Shown here in pieces: positions 53,155-63,243 of a stretch of 64,000 nt of DNA. Every line of letters begins with the position of its first letter. Within the stretch, counting starts at the first letter, position 1. The notes beneath the pieces were generated by a model that saw nothing but the letters and a program-made list of their open reading frames with translations, had not been told where the DNA came from and did not search any database. Position numbers and translations under genes: made by a program. The stretch comes from an uncultured Spirochaetota bacterium. GTDB taxonomy: Bacteria; Spirochaetota; Spirochaetia; SZUA-6; Fen-1364. The stretch covers positions 18,087 through 82,086 of the forward strand of contig CAVUXE010000045.1 in NCBI GenBank assembly GCA_963745235.1. Reading direction: 5' to 3'.

Positions 53155-55464
53155 TCAAGATACCCTTACGCGCGTATTTCCAGCAAGCGATGGAGAGGGA
53201 CGAAGATATTGGGCGGTCAAGGAATCTTCGGCCGCTAGGAGGTCCCGGGGCGTTCCCTGGAACAATACGGTCCCGCCCTTGTGACCCCCCTCTGGTCCCA
53301 TGTCGACGATCCAGTCCGCGTTGCGGATGACGTCGAGGTTGTGCTCGATGACAATCATCGTGTTTCCCGCGTCGACTATCCGGTTGACGATCTGCAACAG
53401 ATGGCCGATGTCCGACATGTGCAACCCTGTCGTCGGTTCGTCCAAAACGTAGAGGCTGCCATTCTTGTGCAATTCTCCGGCGAGTTTGATCCTCTGGCAC
53501 TCCCCACCGGACAACGTGCTCAAGGGTTGTCCCAGGGTCAGATAGTCCAGACCGACATCGCGCATGGCCCCCAGGACCGCCAGCACGTCCTTTAGAACGA
53601 AGAACTCCAAGGCCTGGGCCACGGTCATTTCCAACACATCGGAAATGGACTTGCCGTCCAGTCTGTAGCTCAAGACCTCGTCCTTGAATCGCTTGCCGCC
53701 ACAGACCTCGCACGGCAGCTTGACCTCGTCCAGGTACGCCAGGTCCGTGTAGACGACTCCTAATCCCTGGCAGTTCTCGCACGCGCCCTTCGAGTTGAAA
53801 CTGAACAAGCCGGGCGCAACCTTGTTGGCGCTCGCGAATGCCTTGCGCACACTGTCCATGATTCCCGTGTAGGTGGCGGGGTTTGACCGCGAATTGGCGG
53901 CCACTGCGGACTGATCGATGACGATGGCCTCGGGATGCTGAGGGACGAGACACCGATGGACGAGTGAGCTCTTGCCCGATCCGGCGACTCCTGTCACGAC
54001 GGTGAGGACTCCCCTGGGAAAGTCAAGGCTGACATTTTTCAAGTTGTTGACGTTCGCCTTTCGAACCGGGATGGCGCCCTGAGCCCTTCGAAACTCTGCC
54101 TTGATCGGCAGGGCTTGTTTCAGGTGACGACCGGTCAGCGTGGGAGCGTTGAGCAAGGCGTCGAACGGGCCTTCGAAAACCACCTCGCCGCCCTTTCGCC
54201 CGGCACCGGGGCCGAGATCGACCACGTGATCGGCTACCTTGATCACCTCGGGATCGTGCTCGACGACCAGGACTGTGTTTCCTTTATCGCGCAGCTTTTG
54301 AAGCAGCTCGTTGAGGCGGTGTACGTCCCGAGGATGAAGCCCGACGCTTGGCTCGTCGAAAATGTACATTACATCGACCAGGCTTGAGGTCAAATGCTTC
54401 ACCATTTTCACGCGCGCGGACTCTCCTCCGGAGAGGCTGTCGGTCTCCCGGTTGAGACTCAGGTATTCCAGGCCAATATCGCACAGGTGCGTCAGCCCGC
54501 TTTCCAGCGCCTTGAGTATAGGTTTGGTTTTGGGCGCCGAAACGCCGCGGATGACTTCGACCAGATCGTCGACCTCCATCGCCGACAGCTCGGCGATGTT
54601 GTAGCGGCCAACCTTGACGCTCAGCGCCTCCGGGTTGAGTCTCGCGCCTTTGCACCGGTGACACGGCCCCATTGCGATATAGGGCTCCACTGCCTTTTGC
54701 GTTCTCTCGGACATGCCCTTCAGGTCCCGCTTGATGTACTTGGTTATGAACTTTTTGGTCACCCCTTCGTATGTAATGTTGACGGTTCTGGCGCCGATCT
54801 TGAGAGCGACCTTCTGAGCCTTGCCATATAACAAAAGGTCTTTTTCTTCCTTTGTGTAGTCGGCAATCTTCTTGTCCATGTCGAAGAGATGCGACTCGTG
54901 CAGGATGTTCCAGCCCCAGGTTTGGGGCGCGTACTCCGGGAACAGGATCGCCCCCTCGTTGAGCGACTTCGACTCGTCCAGGAACAAGGCCATATTCGCG
55001 CCCATCTGGCGTCCCAGACCATTGCACTCGGGACACATCCCCGCCGGGTCGTTGAAAGAAAAGAGGTGCGCTCCGCCGATGGAAGGTTTGCCGGCCCGGG
55101 AAAACAAGAGGCGCAGGAGGGAATACATGTCAGTGATCGTTCCGACCGTGGAATGGGAACCCCCGCCCAGACGTTTTTGATCTATCACGACAGCCATATT
55201 CAAATTGGCCAGGGAGTCAGCCGCGGGCTGTGGATACTTGGGCATGAATCCGCGAAGAAAGGCGCTGAAATTCTCGGCGAGGAGGCGCTGTGCCTCCATC
55301 GCAATTGTATCAAAAACCAGGGAGGACTTGCCGGACCCGGACACGCCTGTAAAAAGAGTGATCTTCCTTTTGGGAATGTTGAGGGACACATTTTTCAGGT
55401 TGTTTTCGCGTGCGCCTTTGATTTCGATGTATTCCTGCGTCACCTTTTCCTCCGACCGTACCAC
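53155..55464 (-). CDS. UvrA-like ABC ATPase (class II / DrrC type, short form)
   Basis: [28 protein letters not shown] and CENC/CEVC Zn fingers, two LSGGE signatures; 769 aa, shorter than canonical UvrA. Confidence 0.92.
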   Translation of the reverse strand: MVRSEEKVTQEYIEIKGARENNLKNVSLNIPKRKITLFTGVSGSGKSSLVFDTIAMEAQRLLAENFSAFLRGFMPKYPQPAADSLANLNMAVVIDQKRLGGGSHSTVGTITDMYSLLRLLFSRAGKPSIGGAHLFSFNDPAGMCPECNGLGRQMGANMALFLDESKSLNEGAILFPEYAPQTWGWNILHESHLFDMDKKIADYTKEEKDLLLYGKAQKVALKIGARTVNITYEGVTKKFITKYIKRDLKGMSERTQKAVEPYIAMGPCHRCKGARLNPEALSVKVGRYNIAELSAMEVDDLVEVIRGVSAPKTKPILKALESGLTHLCDIGLEYLSLNRETDSLSGGESARVKMVKHLTSSLVDVMYIFDEPSVGLHPRDVHRLNELLQKLRDKGNTVLVVEHDPEVIKVADHVVDLGPGAGRKGGEVVFEGPFDALLNAPTLTGRHLKQALPIKAEFRRAQGAIPVRKANVNNLKNVSLDFPRGVLTVVTGVAGSGKSSLVHRCLVPQHPEAIVIDQSAVAANSRSNPATYTGIMDSVRKAFASANKVAPGLFSFNSKGACENCQGLGVVYTDLAYLDEVKLPCEVCGGKRFKDEVLSYRLDGKSISDVLEMTVAQALEFFVLKDVLAVLGAMRDVGLDYLTLGQPLSTLSGGECQRIKLAGELHKNGSLYVLDEPTTGLHMSDIGHLLQIVNRIVDAGNTMIVIEHNLDVIRNADWIVDMGPEGGHKGGTVLFQGTPRDLLAAEDSLTAQYLRPSPSLAGNTRVRVS

Positions 55465-55526
55465 CGCCGACTGCCGGCGAGCTGTTCGCGCCGGCGAGCC
55501 AGCGGTGCCATAGCGAATCCAGGGCT

Positions 55527-55850
55527 TTACGATGGTCCAAAGATCTGCACGAGCTTTGTCTCACCGTCGCCGTAGAGCCGTCTCATGTTCGTGACCCACT
55601 CGATGGCCTTCTCCTTGGTGTCCACCTGGATGACGGTGAAGCCGGGTATGAGCTCCTTCGCCTCCAGAAAGGGGCCGTCGGTGATCGAGACCTTTCCTTC
55701 GGTCAGGTGGATCCTGGTCTCCTTGGGATGGAGTCCGCCGCCCGTAACAAGGATTCCCTTCTTGATGGACTCCTCCATGAACTTCCCCAACTCGGCAGGG
55801 TCCCGAGGCTGCTGCCTCTCCGTTGGGGAACCGTAGACAAAGAATTGCAT
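55527..55850 (-). CDS. YciI/DGPF domain protein
   Basis: GGLHP...TDGPFLEAKELIPGF. Confidence 0.9.
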   Translation of the reverse strand: MQFFVYGSPTERQQPRDPAELGKFMEESIKKGILVTGGGLHPKETRIHLTEGKVSITDGPFLEAKELIPGFTVIQVDTKEKAIEWVTNMRRLYGDGETKLVQIFGPS

Positions 55851-56332
55851 ATCCTTCTCCTTCCGCGAGGCCTCAGCGGCCTCAGTGGCTACTCCGCGTA
55901 GGGCTGGTCCTTGCCCTGAGCGCTGTAGCCGATGTTCCAGGTGTAGCCGTCCGGGTCCGCGAAGGAACCACCGTACCCGCCCCATTGCAAGGTGGCCGCG
56001 GGCTTGAGGATCGTGGCGCCTGCCTTCTTGGCTTCGGCGATGATCTCGTCGACCCGCGCTTCGCTGCGGACTACGTAGTTGAGAACCAGCCCGCTGAAGC
56101 CGCTGCCCTCCGGGCTCGCGCCCACGGAGGCGGCCAGGCCGTCGCGGCCATAGAAGCCGATGAGCGAGCCGCCGTGCTGCACGAAGAATACCGAGATGCG
56201 GTAATCGTGCTGGACCTTCCAGCCGAGACCATCCGTGTAGAACCGCTTGGACCGGTCCATGTCCCGGACGCCGAGGAGGATCGAGCTTACGTGCGCATTC
56301 ATGATATCCTGCTCCTTCCGTGAGGCCTCAGC
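55849..56332. repeat. 29-bp direct repeat pair covering the RBS regions of the VOC and YciI genes
   Basis: ATATCCTTCTCCTTCCGCGAGGCCTCAGC (55849-55877) vs ATATCCTGCTCCTTCCGTGAGGCCTCAGC (56304-56332), 2 mismatches. Confidence 0.8.
55889..56302 (-). CDS. VOC/glyoxalase family protein
   Basis: LGVRDMDRSKRFY..GLG, AGATILKPA...WGGY.GSFADPDG. Confidence 0.92.
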   Translation of the reverse strand: MNAHVSSILLGVRDMDRSKRFYTDGLGWKVQHDYRISVFFVQHGGSLIGFYGRDGLAASVGASPEGSGFSGLVLNYVVRSEARVDEIIAEAKKAGATILKPAATLQWGGYGGSFADPDGYTWNIGYSAQGKDQPYAE

Positions 56333-56383
56333 CCCGGCGATCCTGCCGGGCGCCCGCCTCACTGCATGTGATCTCGCCAAGTA

Positions 56384-56410
56384 GTCGGACGGGGACAGGC
56401 AAAAGGGACA
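56384..56410 (-). promoter_or_regulatory. Candidate ECF42-type promoter upstream of VOC-YciI
   Basis: Minus strand TGTCCC-N-CCCGTCCGAC resembles the TGTCGA...CGA/CGTC motif recalled for ECF42 targets. Confidence 0.45.
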
Positions 56411-56422
56411 ATTTCAAAAAAA

Positions 56423-57670
56423 CTACCCTGAGAATTCCGCGAGCCGTTTCTTTAGAAAGCGGCGCTCAGGCTCCTGCCGTGCAAGCTCCAGGGCACGGCG
56501 ATAGGACCTCATCGCCTCCATCGAACGCCCCAGCCTTCGATTGAGGTCCGCGCGCGCTGCGTGGGCGGGAAGGTAGTCCGCCAGCTCGCCTCGGTCGAGC
56601 AGTGCGTCGATAAGGGCCAATCCCGCCGCCGGGCTGTCCCGCATCGCCACGGCAATCCCTCTGTTGAGCTCCACGACGGGCGTAGGCGCCCTCTCCAGCA
56701 GCATGTCGTAGAGGCGAACGATCTGAGCCCAGTCCGTCGCTTCCACCGATGCTGCTGCGGCATGGACGGCAGCTATGGCTGCCTGGAGCGTGTAGGCCCC
56801 AAACCGTCCCGACTGGAGGGCGCCGACCATGAGACCCATCCCCTCCCTGATCCGCTCCTGATCCCAGAGGGATCTGTCCTGCTGTTCGAGCGGGATCACG
56901 TCACCACTGGCATCGGTGCGCGCGGTCCGACGGGACTCGTGCAGGAGGATCAGCGCGAGCAGGCCGATCGCCTCCGGCTCGGGGAGAAGGTCCACGAGGA
57001 GGCGGCACAGGGAAAGGGCTTCTTCAGCGAGGTCTCGCCGAACGAGCGTCTCTCCCGCCGTGGCGACATACCCCTCGTTGTAGACGAGATACACGACCTG
57101 GAGGACGGTCTCCAAGCGTTTCCCAAGCTCGGTACGCGAGGGAATCTCGTAGGGGATTCGCTCTTCGCGGATCCGTTCCTTGGCACGAGAGATGCGTCTC
57201 TTCATGGCCTGCGGAGCGATAAGAAAGGCGCGCGCGATCTCTTCGGTGGTGAGGCCACAGACCTCGCGGAGCGCGAGGGCAATTCGTGCGTCCTGAGGCA
57301 GCACGGGGTGGCAACAGGTGAAGATGAGCCGAAGCTGATCGTCCTGGATCGTCTCATCGTCCGACGCCTCGGGGTCCGCGAACGGCTCGCTATAATCACG
57401 GGCAGCGGCGGCGAGCACGACACCGTCGCGACCACGCCGTCGAAGGGCGTCGATGCCCTTGAACCTGCCGACCGATACGAGCCAGGCGCGGGGACTCCGA
57501 GGCACACCGTCGCGCGGCCACTGCTCCAACGCGGCCTGGAATGCTTCCTGGAGGGCCTCCTCGGCCGTGTCGAAGTCGCCGAGAAGACGTATCAACGTGG
57601 CCAGGACTCTTCGCGACTCGTCGCGATAGAGATCGGCCACCTGTTCGCTCAACGCTCGAGTCGGGTCCAC
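56423..57670 (-). CDS. ECF sigma factor with C-terminal TPR extension (ECF42 type)
   Basis: DFDTAEEALQEAF..A..QWP..G.P..P.AWL, DDQLRLIFTCCHP, NEGY, L.QQDRS.W, LQAAIAAVH; DGPF gene neighbour. Confidence 0.92.
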   Translation of the reverse strand: MDPTRALSEQVADLYRDESRRVLATLIRLLGDFDTAEEALQEAFQAALEQWPRDGVPRSPRAWLVSVGRFKGIDALRRRGRDGVVLAAAARDYSEPFADPEASDDETIQDDQLRLIFTCCHPVLPQDARIALALREVCGLTTEEIARAFLIAPQAMKRRISRAKERIREERIPYEIPSRTELGKRLETVLQVVYLVYNEGYVATAGETLVRRDLAEEALSLCRLLVDLLPEPEAIGLLALILLHESRRTARTDASGDVIPLEQQDRSLWDQERIREGMGLMVGALQSGRFGAYTLQAAIAAVHAAAASVEATDWAQIVRLYDMLLERAPTPVVELNRGIAVAMRDSPAAGLALIDALLDRGELADYLPAHAARADLNRRLGRSMEAMRSYRRALELARQEPERRFLKKRLAEFSG

Positions 57671-57867
57671 CTTGGCTCAATGATACTAGGCGGCCTTGCA
57701 AGCGACTATCGCGTCGACGCCAACACCGCGGTTCATAGTTCTCAGAACCGCCGCGTTACAAATTGCCGCGGGCGCTTTGAGAGATATTCTCTTTTGCTGC
57801 TGCCCGGGTGATTTCACCTGTACGATGTTTATCCGGTTGCCGTCCGGGTCCTCAAGATCAAACCATT

Positions 57868-57960
57868 TTACTCCAGAGCCCGCTCCATTGGCACAATGGT
57901 TGGCGACAAGTACCTTTGCGTAGTGGTCAAAATCATGGGCGAGGAGTATCGAATGAAGAG
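57868..57960 (+). pseudogene. Fragment of the toxin-like gene that usually precedes DUF2283
   Basis: Reads ..GTMVGDKYLCVVVKI.. with no convincing start or normal C-terminus. Confidence 0.4.
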
Positions 57961-57972
57961 AGGAGTTCTCCT

Positions 57973-58173
57973 ATGGCCGAAAAGAACGTGAAAATTTGGT
58001 TTGATGCTGAAGGAGACTACTTGGAGGTTGTTTTCGACAAGAAACCTGGATACTTCAGAGAGACGCCGAACGATCAGGTCATGGAAAAGGTCGATGAGCA
58101 AGGGAACATTCTTGGCTTTTCAGTGCTCAGGGTTAGTGCGCTGAGGGAAAAGCCCCTCGAAGTTGCACTCTGA
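57973..58173 (+). CDS. DUF2283 domain protein (putative antitoxin)
   Basis: VKIWFD.EGDYLEV.F...GYFRET..D.VMEKVD..G.ILGFSV; GAGGAG RBS. Confidence 0.85.
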   Translation: MAEKNVKIWFDAEGDYLEVVFDKKPGYFRETPNDQVMEKVDEQGNILGFSVLRVSALREKPLEVAL

Positions 58174-58210
58174 GAGTCACCCCGATCTCTGATGGTCGAA
58201 CGCACCCCGT

Positions 58211-59422
58211 GTGATGAAGGCTGACGCGCACATCTGGGAGTTCAAGGCACGTTTCCGCCGCCATGCGTATGGCTGGAGGTCCCAGCCGGCCATCCAGCGC
58301 GTCAAGCAGGCGGTGAGCGAGATCAAGAAAGCTGCGCGGAAGGATCTGGTACTGGCGGCAGACGGCGCGGTGACGCTGATCGAGCGCCTCTCGCCGGCGC
58401 TTGAACACGTCGACAGCTCCTCCGGCGCGATCGGAACAGCAGTCAACAACGCGATCGCCGAGCTGGTTCCGATCATTGCCGGTGCTCCGTCCGATCCTGA
58501 AACGCGCGGAAAGTGGCTCGAGCGCCTCTGGGAGGCGCACGGGGCAGACCAGATCCCGTACATCGAGACGCTGGCTGATTTCTGGGGCGAGCTCTGCGCC
58601 TCGAAGGAGGCCGCCTCGGCGTGGGCAGATCGTCTGGTCGGCATCACGCGCGGGGCGCTGAGCGCCGATGAGGACCTCCACAGCTACTTCCATGGAACGT
58701 CCGCTTGCTTCAGCGCGCTCTACCGTGCGGAACGCTGCGAGGAGATCGTGGACATCCTCCATGTCGACACCATTTGGCCATACAAGAAATGGGCCGTAAG
58801 GGCCCTTGCCGCCATGGGGAGGAAGTCAGAGGCGATCCAGTACGCCGAGTCGGCCCGTGGACCGTGGACACCTGACGGGCAGGTCGACGCGATATGCGAG
58901 GAGATTCTCCTCTCCTCCGGGTCGATCGACGACGCCTACGAGCGGTACGGTCTTCGGGCGAACCGCGGCGGCACCTACCTGGCAACCTTCCGTGCTGTGG
59001 CAAGGAAATACCCGCATAAATCCGCAGGCCAGATTCTTGCTGACCTCGTAGAGACTACGCCAGGCGATGAGGGCAAGTGGTTCGCCGCTGCCAAGGAGGC
59101 CGGGCTCTACGATGAAGCGCTCGCACTCGCGAAGCGCACCCCGTGTGATCCGAAAACCCTCGCGCGCGCCGCGCGGGATTTCGCTGAGCAGCAGCCGGCC
59201 TTTGCACTTGGCGCCGGGCTGCTGGCGCTCCAATGGCTCGTCCAAGGCTACGGCTACGAGATCACGGGCGCCGACGTCTGGGCGGCCTACTCCAGCACGA
59301 TGAAAGCCGCGGAGAAGAGCGGGACCGTCACGGAGACCCGCGAAAGGGTGAAGGCGCTCGTCGCGGGCGAACCTCCTGGAGGGTTCGTCCGCGGGATTCT
59401 CGGAAAGGACGTTGGGCTGTGA
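58211..59422 (+). CDS. Conserved hypothetical alpha-helical protein
   Basis: 403 aa, coding-like composition; WEFKARFRR.A.GW.S, VDSSSGAIG, GKWFAAAK, G.GYEIT motifs. Confidence 0.75.
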   Translation: MMKADAHIWEFKARFRRHAYGWRSQPAIQRVKQAVSEIKKAARKDLVLAADGAVTLIERLSPALEHVDSSSGAIGTAVNNAIAELVPIIAGAPSDPETRGKWLERLWEAHGADQIPYIETLADFWGELCASKEAASAWADRLVGITRGALSADEDLHSYFHGTSACFSALYRAERCEEIVDILHVDTIWPYKKWAVRALAAMGRKSEAIQYAESARGPWTPDGQVDAICEEILLSSGSIDDAYERYGLRANRGGTYLATFRAVARKYPHKSAGQILADLVETTPGDEGKWFAAAKEAGLYDEALALAKRTPCDPKTLARAARDFAEQQPAFALGAGLLALQWLVQGYGYEITGADVWAAYSSTMKAAEKSGTVTETRERVKALVAGEPPGGFVRGILGKDVGL

Positions 59423-59500
59423 CGTCGCACCAGGTGGCCGGGCGCCCGGACCGTGAGCCCCGATCGTGAGGGAACGGGCCGCTGTCCACTTTGGATCATT

Positions 59501-62200
59501 CTATGTACGCATGGCGAGCCGGGCCAGGACATCCGCCACCGAATCCAGCGCGGATGCATCGGCGAACTTCACGCTCATCCGCCATCCGCCGTCGTCGGTT
59601 CGTTCCATGCATTCTGAGAGGAGCGCCTTCATTCGCTCGCGCATCTGGTTGCCGGCAGAAGTAGCGGTCTGGCTGCCCGGCGCCGACTGAGGGCCACCCG
59701 CTTCCCCCAGGAGCTCCCCGATGAATCGAAACGCGGCGCCCAGCATTTCTCCTCCGGCACGCGCAACCGTCTCGCTGCGCGCTTTGGCCTGCGCGCGAAC
59801 CTCCCTGGCCCCGGTCTCATCGATTGGCGCGGCCGGTTTCTCGCCTATGAGAACCTCCAGCCTGCGCTTCAGCTCATCGATACTTCCCGTCAGCGAGACT
59901 TCCTTCACGGTCGAGTCTGGGTCAAGGGCGGCGAGGGCGAGGGTCTGCTTGGCCGAGAGAGTTGAGAGCATGCCTTCCTCGATCGTTGCTTCGGTCACGA
60001 GGATGTACACGTGCACGGGCCTTTTCTGGCCCATCCTGTGCGCGCGGGCGATCCTCTGCTCGAGCACCGCGGGGTTCCATGGCAGATCGACATTGACCAC
60101 CGTGTCGGCGGCCTGCAGGTTCAGTCCCGTGGCGCCCGCGTTCGTCGCCATGAAGAGCACGCACCGAGGATCGCGCTGGAACCGATTGACCAGCGCCTGC
60201 CTTTTGCCCTGCGGCACCGAGCCGTCCAGCCTGACAAACCCGATTTTGCGCTTCTCTACGAGCGGCTCGATGAGGTCAAGCATCGTGGTCCATTCGGAGA
60301 AGAGGATGATCTTTCTTCCCGCCTCGCCGGCGAGCCTGTCCAGCAGCAAGTCGAGCTCGGCGAGTTTCGTCGAGTGCCCCGGCGGCTGCTTGTCCACCAG
60401 GAAGGTGCTGTCCGCGGCCATGCGGCACATCAGGAGCGCCTTCTGCAGCCTGAGCAGGTCCATCTCGCTGATGTACCGCTTGGCCAGGATGGTCATCACT
60501 GTCCTTTTGTGGCCGTCGTGGATTTCAGCCTGCTGCGCAGTCGGGGCGATACGCAGAATTTCCGTGCTACGCGGCGGCAGCTGCCGCAGCACCATGGCGC
60601 GGGTCCTGCGCAGGAGGATGGGACCCAGAACACGGCGCAACTCGTCAAGGTTCTTATATCCCAGCACGCGGCCCTTTTCGTCCACGAGCCGGTGCCTGTG
60701 GAAGAAGCGGAACGCCGGTCCCAGCTGCCGGGCATTGATGAACTGGACCACCGAATACAGCTCATCCAGCCTGTTTTCAAGAGGAGTGCCCGAGAGCACG
60801 AGGGCGAAAGGCGAGGAGAGGCCTTTGATAACGCGCGAAGTCTTGGCCTGCCAGTTCTTGATTCTCTGCCCCTCGTCCAGGATGATGAGGTCCCAGCGCG
60901 CCCGCTCGACGGAGGGGAGGTCTCGGAGCACCTGCTCGTAGTTGCAGACCGTGTAGAGCTGGTCACCTTGGTACATCTCGGCGCGCTCGCGCGCCCCGCC
61001 CGCCACCAACCGGGCTGTCCTGCCGGCAGCCCGCACGATCTCCGATGCCCACTGCGACTTGACCGACGCGGGACAGACCACGAGCACGCGGGAGATCCCC
61101 ACCTCCCGGGCGAGAAGCTCCGCGATCCCGATGCCCTGCATGGTCTTGCCCAAGCCCATGTCGTCCGCGATGATCGCTCTCCCCGCGCCCACGGCAAACG
61201 CAATCCCGTCCATCTGGTAGGGCAGGAGCTCGACCTTGAGCAGCGACTTTCGCAGCGGATGCGCGGCAGGGTCTCGGCGGATTGCTTCCACCAACGTGTC
61301 CAGCCGCTTTTTCAAGAGGAGTCCGTTCACCATCTCCTCGGCGTCGGGGTAGATGTGGACGGGATGGCCGAGGCGCTCGAGCTGCTGAATCCGCGAGAGC
61401 AGGTCAGCCAAGTCCGTCACGGCCGAGCCCGCAAGCGGCGCGGCGACCGCACGCGCCCGCCGCTCCAGCGTCTCGGGAAGCGCCAGCCGCAGCTCGGTGG
61501 TCTCGCCGTAGCGGACGTGCAGGCTGATGCGCGTGCGTCGGTAGCTGTTCTCCCGTTCGCGCCTTGGGAAGCGCCGCTTTGCGGCACCGAGGGCGAAGAT
61601 GATATGCTTGCAGGTGCCGAGTGTGTTCGTCTTGAAGTCGGGGCAGGAGCAGTACGACTCGCCCCGCTCCCATCCACGGAGCGCGACTCTGTAGGTCTTT
61701 CCGGACACGGAGCTCGTGACCGCGTAGTCACTCCAGATCCCCTTGCCGTTCAGGGAGGAGAGTGACATTTTCTCTTTCCGTGCCCTTTCGTTCCGGTCCG
61801 CAAGGGCCCGCTCGACGAGCTGCTCCTCGGTGAGGGTCTCCAGGGGAACATCATCAGGGGGAGGCGCCGAGAGCCCGAGGGCGAGCTTCTCTTCAAGAAC
61901 CAGGGAGAATGCCGCCCCGACGTGCTCGCATCCTGCGCCGCAGGTCGTGCAAAAAGCCGCGATTCGCCCGGCGCGATCCTCGGCCAGTCGGATGGTGGCC
62001 TTGCTCCTACCCAGGTCGAGGGTCAGGCGGCTGGCATCCAGCGAAACCTGTGATTCCAGATCGATTTCGAAGAGACCTCCCTCGCGAAGGAGCCTATCGC
62101 AGGAGGGGCCCAGGATCTTCTTGACATCCGCGTATTTCAGATGGGAGAGCACGTCGGACAGCTTCCGGCCGGTAGGAATCCGGGAGGATCGAGTTTGCAT
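59501..62200 (-). CDS. SNF2-family helicase/ATPase with N-terminal SWIM zinc finger(s)
   Basis: CTTC..CEH and CSCPDF....GTCKH; ADDMGLGKT, DEGQRIKN, LSGTPLEN, GLNLQAAD, QRIARAHRMGQ. Confidence 0.93.
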   Translation of the reverse strand: MQTRSSRIPTGRKLSDVLSHLKYADVKKILGPSCDRLLREGGLFEIDLESQVSLDASRLTLDLGRSKATIRLAEDRAGRIAAFCTTCGAGCEHVGAAFSLVLEEKLALGLSAPPPDDVPLETLTEEQLVERALADRNERARKEKMSLSSLNGKGIWSDYAVTSSVSGKTYRVALRGWERGESYCSCPDFKTNTLGTCKHIIFALGAAKRRFPRRERENSYRRTRISLHVRYGETTELRLALPETLERRARAVAAPLAGSAVTDLADLLSRIQQLERLGHPVHIYPDAEEMVNGLLLKKRLDTLVEAIRRDPAAHPLRKSLLKVELLPYQMDGIAFAVGAGRAIIADDMGLGKTMQGIGIAELLAREVGISRVLVVCPASVKSQWASEIVRAAGRTARLVAGGARERAEMYQGDQLYTVCNYEQVLRDLPSVERARWDLIILDEGQRIKNWQAKTSRVIKGLSSPFALVLSGTPLENRLDELYSVVQFINARQLGPAFRFFHRHRLVDEKGRVLGYKNLDELRRVLGPILLRRTRAMVLRQLPPRSTEILRIAPTAQQAEIHDGHKRTVMTILAKRYISEMDLLRLQKALLMCRMAADSTFLVDKQPPGHSTKLAELDLLLDRLAGEAGRKIILFSEWTTMLDLIEPLVEKRKIGFVRLDGSVPQGKRQALVNRFQRDPRCVLFMATNAGATGLNLQAADTVVNVDLPWNPAVLEQRIARAHRMGQKRPVHVYILVTEATIEEGMLSTLSAKQTLALAALDPDSTVKEVSLTGSIDELKRRLEVLIGEKPAAPIDETGAREVRAQAKARSETVARAGGEMLGAAFRFIGELLGEAGGPQSAPGSQTATSAGNQMRERMKALLSECMERTDDGGWRMSVKFADASALDSVADVLARLAMRT

Positions 62201-62517
62201 GGTGGGATTCTACGCAATGGGCCGTGCGTGATCAATGCGGAGGGGCGCATATGGCGAAGCTGCAGGAGGTGCGATGTTCAGGTGAACCCTCGAAATGATG
62301 TCGCACTCGCCCGTGCCGAGGCACACAACGGCCAGGAAAGTAGCGAACAGCCGACCAGGAGGCTAACAGGCCCTCAACGCATTCAGAACACTATTCAAGA
62401 CTGCGGTGCCGGCTACGCTGCCAAAGGCCGTGGCCAGGAACAAAGACGCCACCACTCTTACCGTTCCGGTATGAGATTTCATGCGCCGTGTTCTGCTCCT
62501 GGCCTGCCGCCCTTAGT

Positions 62518-63174
62518 TTAGTACGCGACATCGAACCCCATGAAACCGATTCCTATGCGCGGCGTGAACTTCACGGATCCTGAGTCGACTTGCCGTGTCG
62601 CCCCCTGACCGGCAGCCTGCGAGGACCACCACCTGATGATCCCATCGATGATGGCTCCGCCTAGAAGAACCCCGCATGCAGGCAGGTAGTCCGCAATGCT
62701 GTGCCCGTTCCAGGCGTCGCTGATCGAGGAAAAGGAGCTCCTGAAGTAGTCGATCCTGTCGAACCGAAGATCGCCGGGCAGAGAATAGTAGACGCCCACC
62801 AGAGTCCCGGCGATGACCGCCAGGTTGAGGGCCATGAATCCCAGGCCGCTTGCCGTGTCCCCTGTCTCGAACTGCCCAATCCCGGGCAGGACCGCGGAGT
62901 GAAGGGAGATCGACCCGACGTACTCGTCCTTCTGCTGGGCAATGCTGAGCCGCTCCCGGAGGGAGGCCAGCGCCGCGACGTCGAGATCCCCGAGCTTCTG
63001 CTGACCAAGCTCGGTCTGAATCTTGAGGATCTCCGCCGCGAGATAGGGACCAGCCTCAAGGGGTCGAATGCCGGCCAACTGGCCGGATTGAGGTCCGGAC
63101 CAGAGACCATTCGGCGCCGCGAAGACGGCACCCGGCAGGGTGCAGACGATAAGAACGATGAAAAAGCGTTTCAT
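62518..63174 (-). CDS. Hypothetical exported/membrane protein
   Basis: Signal peptide MKRFFIVL..VFA, S.VLPG.GQF motif followed by hydrophobic helices, aromatic C-terminus. Confidence 0.7.
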   Translation of the reverse strand: MKRFFIVLIVCTLPGAVFAAPNGLWSGPQSGQLAGIRPLEAGPYLAAEILKIQTELGQQKLGDLDVAALASLRERLSIAQQKDEYVGSISLHSAVLPGIGQFETGDTASGLGFMALNLAVIAGTLVGVYYSLPGDLRFDRIDYFRSSFSSISDAWNGHSIADYLPACGVLLGGAIIDGIIRWWSSQAAGQGATRQVDSGSVKFTPRIGIGFMGFDVAY

Positions 63175-63243
63175 GTGTATTCCCCTTTCGGAAAGTTGTC
63201 ATCGACGGCAATATGCCTTCACTTCAGTGTTGGCACAAAGAGA

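Noticed and set aside
53155-55464. Calling the gene canonical uvrA of nucleotide excision repair
   Set aside because: It is too short, apparently lacks the UvrB-binding insertion, and has no uvrB/uvrC nearby; it fits class II/DrrC type.
62201-62517. Intergenic stretch or ORF 62141-62521 as an ncRNA or gene
   Set aside because: No recognisable RNA motif, strong hairpin set or protein signature could be supported by eye.
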